This document shows, one piece after another, positions 58,105 to 64,000 of a stretch of DNA of 64,000 nt (positions are counted from its first letter, which is position 1; each line of letters opens with the position of its first letter). The stretch comes from Malacoraja senta (Eukaryota). Under the pieces are notes generated by a model. That model saw only the letters and a program-made list of their open reading frames with translations. It had not been told where the DNA came from and searched no databases. The position numbers and the translations under genes are program-made. The DNA is taken from positions 23,004,001 through 23,068,000 of the forward strand of contig CM075987.1 in NCBI GenBank assembly GCA_038087875.1, given 5' to 3'.

Positions 58105-58421
58105 AGCCCTGTCCCACGGTACGAGTTCATTCCAAGAGCTCTCCCGAGTTTTAAAAAAATCAAACTCGTGGTAAGCACGGAGAATGAACGTAGCGGGTAC
58201 GTCGGAGCTCGGGGACGTCTCTTAGCGCTAACGGCAGGTACTCTGGAAGACTCGCTAACGGCAGGTAAGCACGGGAAGACTCGTGAAGATTTTTCAACAT
58301 GATGAAAAATGTCCACGAGAGCCCCGAGTACCGACGAGCGGCCATTACCGTAAATCTCCGAGTTCGAATCAGGGCAAACTCTGGAGAACTCTTGGAATGA
58401 ACTCGTACAGTGGGACAGAGT
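58105..58421. mobile_element. Non-autonomous DNA transposon (MITE) with about 45-bp imperfect TIRs AGCCCTGTCCCAC.GTACGAGTTCATTC
   Basis: Ends are reverse complements; the internal sequence is shared with the copy at 61065-61348. Confidence 0.8.
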
Positions 58422-59221
58422 TACTATCACATTCTCAAGGACAATTCGGAATAGATAATAAATGCTGGTCTTGCTGGCAACATCTCCTGTGAATCATCAC
58501 TTGACATTAGACTTCGTTTTTAGACATAAATGAATGTTGTGGAAGACAAGATACTAATGATGCCTCACCTCTCCAAAATTGGCCCCCTTCACCATTAACT
58601 GCCTTACGAACAACAGTACTTCATCTCACTTCAAAATGAGGTCTCTGGATCAGCAAAAGTTTTCAGGAGGTACAATTTCCTACACTGTACTGGTTGACAA
58701 ATCCTGGCACAAAATGATATTACAGTTTTATTTTGAAAAAGGTTAGCATTTATAAAATCAGTTGCACAATCATTTCCTGAATCTACACGAGAAAGTCGTT
58801 TCTGATTCTCTGGTTTGTCAAACATAATCAGTGCAACATCATCTCAACCAAGATCCAATGCAGATAGATTTTTCTTTAAAAGTATTTCCTGTTGCATACC
58901 AGAAATCTCCCCAATATACATTTAGAAGTCAATTTTCAAAAATACTCTCACGGTGACTTGGTTATTTGGGTTTCTGAAGTCGGTCTGTTGCTAATTGTCT
59001 CCCTTCATTAAGAGGAAACTGCTTTCTCTATTGTGTTACAGTGCAGAGCTGGAACACCCAACACTATTTCACTCAGTTGACTTCTTTAAAAAAAAAAATT
59101 AAAATAACATTAATAATGAAAGCCCAATACTTTGAATAAAAATGGCAAAAAACAGTTTGCTTGCTCCTTTAATAATTAAGTTAAGATATACAAACCCAAA
59201 TGATAGTTTGAGAAAAAGTTA

Positions 59222-60829
59222 CAGTGCCCTCCATAATGTTTGGGGCAAAGACCCATCATTTATTTATTTGCCTCTGACTCCACAATTTGAGATTTGCAAT
59301 AGAAAAAAATCACATGTGGTTAAAGTGCACATTATCAGATTTTATTAAAGGCCATTTTTATACATTTTGGTTTCACCATGTAGAGATTACAACTGTATTT
59401 ATACATAGTCTCCCCCCCCCAAATTTCAGGGCACCATAATGTTTGGGACACATGGCTTCACAGGTGTTTGTATTTGCTCATGTGTGTTTAAATGCCTCCT
59501 TAATGCAGGGATAAGAGAGCTCTCAGCACCTACTTTCCTCCAGTCTTTCCATCACATTTGGAAACTTTTATTGCTGTTTATCAACATGAGGACCAAAGTA
59601 GTGCCAATGAAAGTAAAATAAGCCATTATGAGACTGAGAAACAAGAATAAAACTGTTAGAGACATCAGCCAAACATTAGGCTTACCCAAATCAACTATAT
59701 TGGAACACCATTAAGAAGAAAGAGAGCATTGGTGAGTTTACTAATCGCAAAGGGACTGGCAGGCCAAGGAAGACCTCCACAGCTGATGACAGAAGAATGC
59801 TCTCTATAACAAAGAAAAATCCCCAAACACCTGTCCGACAGATCAGAAACACTCTTCAGGTGTGGATTTGTTAATGACCACTGTCTGCAGAAGACTTCAT
59901 GAACAGAAATAAAGAGGCTACACTGCAAGATGCAAACTACTGGTTAGCTGCAAAAATAGGATGGCCAGGTTACAGTTTGCCAAGAAGTACTTAAAAGAAC
60001 AACCACAGTTCTGGAAAACGTTCTTGTGGACAGATGAGACGAAGATTAACTTATATCACAGTGATGGCAAGAGCAAAGTATGGAGGAGAGAAGGAACTGC
60101 CCAAGATCCAAATCACCTCATCTGTGAAACACGGTGGTGGGGTTGTTATGGCCTGGGCATGTATGGCTGCTGAAGGTACTTGCTCATTTATCTTCATTGA
60201 TGATACAACTGCTGATGTTAGTAGCATAATGAATTCTGAAGTGTATAGACACATCCTATCTGCACAAGTTCAAACAAATGTCTCAAAACTCATTGGCCAG
60301 CAGTTCATTCTACAGCAAGACAATGATCCCAAACATACTGCTAAAGCAACAAATGAGTTTTTCTAAGCTAAAAAATTGTAAATTCTTGAGTGGCCAAGTC
60401 AATCACGCGATCTGAACCCAATTGAGCATGCCTTTTATATGCTGAAGAGAAAACTGAAGGGGACTAGCCCCCAAAACAAGCATAAGCTAAAGATGGCTGC
60501 AATACAGGCCTGGCAGAGCATCACCAGTGAAGACACCCAGCAACTAGTGATGTCCATGAATCACAGACTTCAAGCCGTCATTGCATGCAAAGGATATGCA
60601 ACAAAATACTAAACATGACTACTTTCATTCACATGACATTGCTGTGTCCCAAACATTATGGTGTCCTATGTATCAACACTAATTTCTACATGGTGAAACC
60701 AAAATGTATAAAAATGGCCTTTATTAAAATTTGACATGTGATGTTTTCTATTACAAATCTCAAATTGTGGAGTACAGAGTCAAATAAATAAATGATGGGT
60801 CTTTGTCCCAAACATTCTGGAGGGCACTG
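59222..60829 (+). mobile_element. Tc1/mariner transposon, full length (about 1.6 kb), long IR/DR-type TIRs, TA TSD, inactivated transposase (about 59586-60612)
   Basis: TA|CAGTGCCCTCCATAATGTTTGGG ... CCCAAACATTCTGGAGGGCACTG|TA. Peptides LWTDETKINL, VKHGGGVVMAWACM, LQQDNDPKHT and WPSQSRDLNPIE, with stops and frameshifts. Confidence 0.95.
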
Positions 60830-61064
60830 TATATCTAAGCATGAATCCTATTCCAATTGAAAGCAATTGTTACCACCTGCAAACGACTGGCTGAGGGGGG
60901 AGTCACCCTGCTAATGGTTACTTAAATTCCAGACCCAAATGCACCCAATCTGGTACTGAGAACTGGCAACTGTGGTCCACAGTCTCCAAAGGATGCCCAC
61001 TTGATGAGAATTGGGAAGACAATCACATTACCGAGCAGAGTTGGGAGTTGCTAATAAGTTTGAT

Positions 61065-61348
61065 GGCGCTGTCCCACTGTACGAGTTCATTCAAGTGCTC
61101 TCCCGAGTTTAAAACAAAATCAAACTCGTGGTAAGCACTTAGAATGAACGTAGCGGGTACGTCGGAGCTCGGGGACGTCTCTTAGCGGCTCGTAACGCTA
61201 ACGGCAGGTAAGCTCGGGAAGACATGTTGAAAAATGCCCACAAGAGCCCCGAGTACTTACGAGCGGCCATTACCGTAAATCTCCGAGTTCGAATCGGGGC
61301 AAACTCGGGGAGAACTCTTGAATGAACTCGTACAGTGGGACAGGGCTT
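61065..61348. mobile_element. Second copy of the CTGTCCCAC-TIR MITE
   Basis: High similarity to 58105-58421. Confidence 0.8.
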
Positions 61349-62487
61349 TAAGGCTAAGCGCTGGGAAAAGGAGAGAGGGAGCCCTATTTTTCACTTGGTG
61401 TTACCGTACCTGACTTGCTTAACCATTTAATTTTCTCTAACTTCAATGAACAAATGCAAAATTAAATCCCCCTCCTGCCATCCTGAGTCACACGCTACCA
61501 ATTTAACAATTAAACAGCATCGGTTCAGATTCTTGGCAGCAATCATTTAAAACAAAATGAATGCAAAAAAAATAAATGATCAGGTACCTTCTGCAGGGAT
61601 GCGTGCAAGTGAGTTCAGTTTACTGTACACATTTTCTGTTCCAAATACATATCTTCAATTCAATTCAAAGCAATTTCCATCGTACCCCCTCACACCACAG
61701 ATCAATCTTTACATATCTTAGCATTCCGACTTCAGACTATCCCATCCATGACTGCATTCATGTGTCAACCCAATTAGTACTATCCAGACACAAGAGCCGT
61801 CGGTGACAACTCCATATAAAGTCCATGAACATCTTCCAAGGCAGAGCCTGGATCTGATTTGTCTCCTCTGAGAGTGATCATCATACCCCCCCGGCTTTGA
61901 TCAAATACCCCTCTGAAAAAACCTAACAAGAATTAGGCCCAGGCAGTTTCCAAGATTTTGGAATGGGTTGCAGTGGGTAACGTCGCTGAACGGGTATTGG
62001 AGAATGTGTCGCACTCATCTAGAACAACGCAAAACTCGAACCAGTCGGAGTTGCGAAATAGCAAACCCCGTCTGGGGAAACCCAAACGACTGGGGAAGCG
62101 AAATGCAGCGACATTTCACGTAATGGGTCACAGTCACGGCAAGAAACAGTTTTAAATGAAGCAATCATAGATAGTTTAATCAACCTTTGCTTTGAAAAGA
62201 TAGTAATAGGTATTTTTAAACAAAAAAATCTTTCTCTTTGCCATTTAGTCAAATCCTGAAGTTTATCTCGGAAATCTTTCACCAAACCAGCCAAAAATTG
62301 TCTGAAATCACCTGCCAACATCCCACTGTCTGCAAAGGAATTTTATGACTACATCTTAAATAATTAAGAGAAGAGCCACTGTACAGTGTTATACTTCCAC
62401 CTCAGCATCCTGACCACACTGTCCTGAACTGCTAGTCTCCACTCTATCCTCATCATCTGATTGATCATTAGCTTTGTCGTGAAAGGG

Positions 62488-64000
62488 TTAGGGTCTTTTC
62501 CCCTCAGCTGCCTCTCCTGTTCTTCTCTCCCTGTCATTTCCCTCTTCATTCTGACTTTCCAACGAGACCTGGCTCAGTGGCCGCCACTGACAGGCTTGGA
62601 AAGTCTCATCACCTTCTTTACCTGTGGGTTGACTGCTGGCCTTCACTTTAGAACTGCCCTCTGCCCTCACTAATGGTTTCCCTGACTCGGTACCACGTAT
62701 GCTCTGGTCTACACTGCCGGTTTCCTGGCGGGTTGAGGGCGTGGAATGTACAGCGATTGGGACACGGGCGTTTGGTCCTGTGCTTTCGCATGAACGTGGC
62801 GTCACAAAGGCGGAACGTTCAAACCTCGCGTCTTGCTTCGCCCTCGGCTCCTTCCTCGTCCCACTCTGATAGTTATGGTCATTCTGCTCCTGCCATGTAA
62901 CGCAGGGCAGGCCCCTCGACTCGCTGGAATGGGCGATTGGACTGACCGATGACATCGGAGATGGGGAGGGTCTGCCTAGATATGTACCCTGGTCTGGTTT
63001 AGTTTTACTACCGCTTGTCCAACCTAGGTGCGAATGTGTCGCATGTGGCCTCTGCTCTGTACTACAGCCTGCATGTGACTGGCTTTCTATGGAATATCTA
63101 GCCTCACTGCTTGTAACATTAACCTTGTCTTTTGGCACTGTGTCACTGAGGAGGTCGGTCAAGAAAACACTCCATGATTTCAATTTGTTCTTCGTTTTCT
63201 CCGAAGACCTCACTTGAACAGCTTTTGCTTGAAGCTGCCCCACGCCCGGCTCTCTTGAATCAATATATTGCACACACTGTCCCTGAACCAACAGTTGAAT
63301 TGTTTTCAAATCAGGAGTTGCCCGTTTCTCCTGCAAGTTCTGGGTGATGTCACTTCCCAAGGGCTCATTAATCTCTCTGTCCAGCAGGACATCACCGTGC
63401 AAGTCAAAGCGGCTGTTACACCTCTCTTCCCTTTGACAACCCGCGCCATCAACTAGCAAATTCCCCTGATCGACCCCGGTTGTGGTTTCAGTTTGGATCG
63501 CAGTTGATGTTCCTCCTGCAACCTGTCCGTGTTCAGTCTGGTGCTCTGCACTGTGAACGGCACGAAGGTCCTGAACCAAATCCCGCCCGTCAATGCTGCC
63601 CTTGTCTTCAGCAGCACCACTCCCTGTCCCTCCACACGGATGGTCTGCTGCCACCTCCTCTTCCTCGCGACGTGGTCCATTCGCACAAGTCCCCTCAGTT
63701 TGTCGAGAGACCGAAAGCATTTTGCCACCAAGGTCTGGCACTCCCGCCGATCTGCCTTCTTCACCCTGCCCTGGAAAATCCTGCACTTCTTCCTTGGCTT
63801 TCAAGCTCTCTTCCGCTGCTCGGGCCTTTTCCGCCAGGAATCTCAGAATTTCCTGCTCGATCCCATCATCGCTGTCCCCGGAACTGCTGTCGCTTGTTGT
63901 AATGTTTTTTGGATTCTGCCCTATAGCCAGGGTGGATGGAGCAGCAGATAAGGAGACCACCGTGGACCTTCCCATTCCTGCCACCTTGCCGTGTCCATCA
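62488..64000 (-). CDS. PPP1R26: 3' part of a large single coding exon, likely protein phosphatase 1 regulatory subunit 26 (KIAA0649); ORF is open at the window edge
   Basis: More than 500 open codons of low-complexity sequence containing SSSGDSDDGIEQEILRFLAEKA, which matches the recalled repeated PPP1R26 motif (S.DSDDSIEQEIR.FL..KA). Synteny with PIERCE1 supports the call. Confidence 0.72.
   Translation of the reverse strand, partial: DGHGKVAGMGRSTVVSLSAAPSTLAIGQNPKNITTSDSSSGDSDDGIEQEILRFLAEKARAAEESLKAKEEVQDFPGQGEEGRSAGVPDLGGKMLSVSRQTEGTCANGPRREEEEVAADHPCGGTGSGAAEDKGSIDGRDLVQDLRAVHSAEHQTEHGQVAGGTSTAIQTETTTGVDQGNLLVDGAGCQREERCNSRFDLHGDVLLDREINEPLGSDITQNLQEKRATPDLKTIQLLVQGQCVQYIDSREPGVGQLQAKAVQVRSSEKTKNKLKSWSVFLTDLLSDTVPKDKVNVTSSEARYSIESQSHAGCSTEQRPHATHSHLGWTSGSKTKPDQGTYLGRPSPSPMSSVSPIAHSSESRGLPCVTWQEQNDHNYQSGTRKEPRAKQDARFERSAFVTPRSCESTGPNARVPIAVHSTPSTRQETGSVDQSIRGTESGKPLVRAEGSSKVKASSQPTGKEGDETFQACQWRPLSQVSLESQNEEGNDRERRTGEAAEGKRP

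Noticed and set aside
62019..62321. 100-aa minus-strand ORF downstream of PPP1R26
   Set aside because: No recognisable domain; likely 3' UTR.

Overview
Eukaryotic (vertebrate) genomic DNA, most likely a cartilaginous fish such as a skate or ray (inferred from the CR1 / tRNA-SINE / Penelope repeat content and the protein divergence). The window holds a rearranged Surfeit-locus neighbourhood: PIERCE1/C9orf116 (+, last two exons), MED22/SURF5 (-, two alternative C-termini), DNLZ (-), RPL7A/SURF3 (+, 8 exons, hosting one U24 and three U36 box C/D snoRNAs), SURF1 (-, 9 exons), about 21 kb with no recognisable coding exons, and the 3' part of a PPP1R26-like gene (-). The exon models for MED22, DNLZ, RPL7A and SURF1 were built by hand from GT/AG boundaries and give phase-consistent full-length ORFs. 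Introns and intergenic DNA are rich in CR1, L2-like and Rex/Babar LINEs, tRNA-derived SINEs, a young Penelope-like element, a Tc1 transposon and MITEs. The most unusual observations are: a tandem array of about 22 CACGTG E-boxes directly upstream of SURF1; two 32-34 bp pure-palindrome insertions with 8-bp target-site duplications in two different CpG-island promoters; minimal hammerhead-ribozyme motifs in the Penelope terminal repeat and its many dispersed fold-back derivatives; DNLZ separating MED22 from RPL7A; and the Surfeit core lying between PIERCE1 and PPP1R26. Gene identities come from recalled protein similarity, not from database searches.
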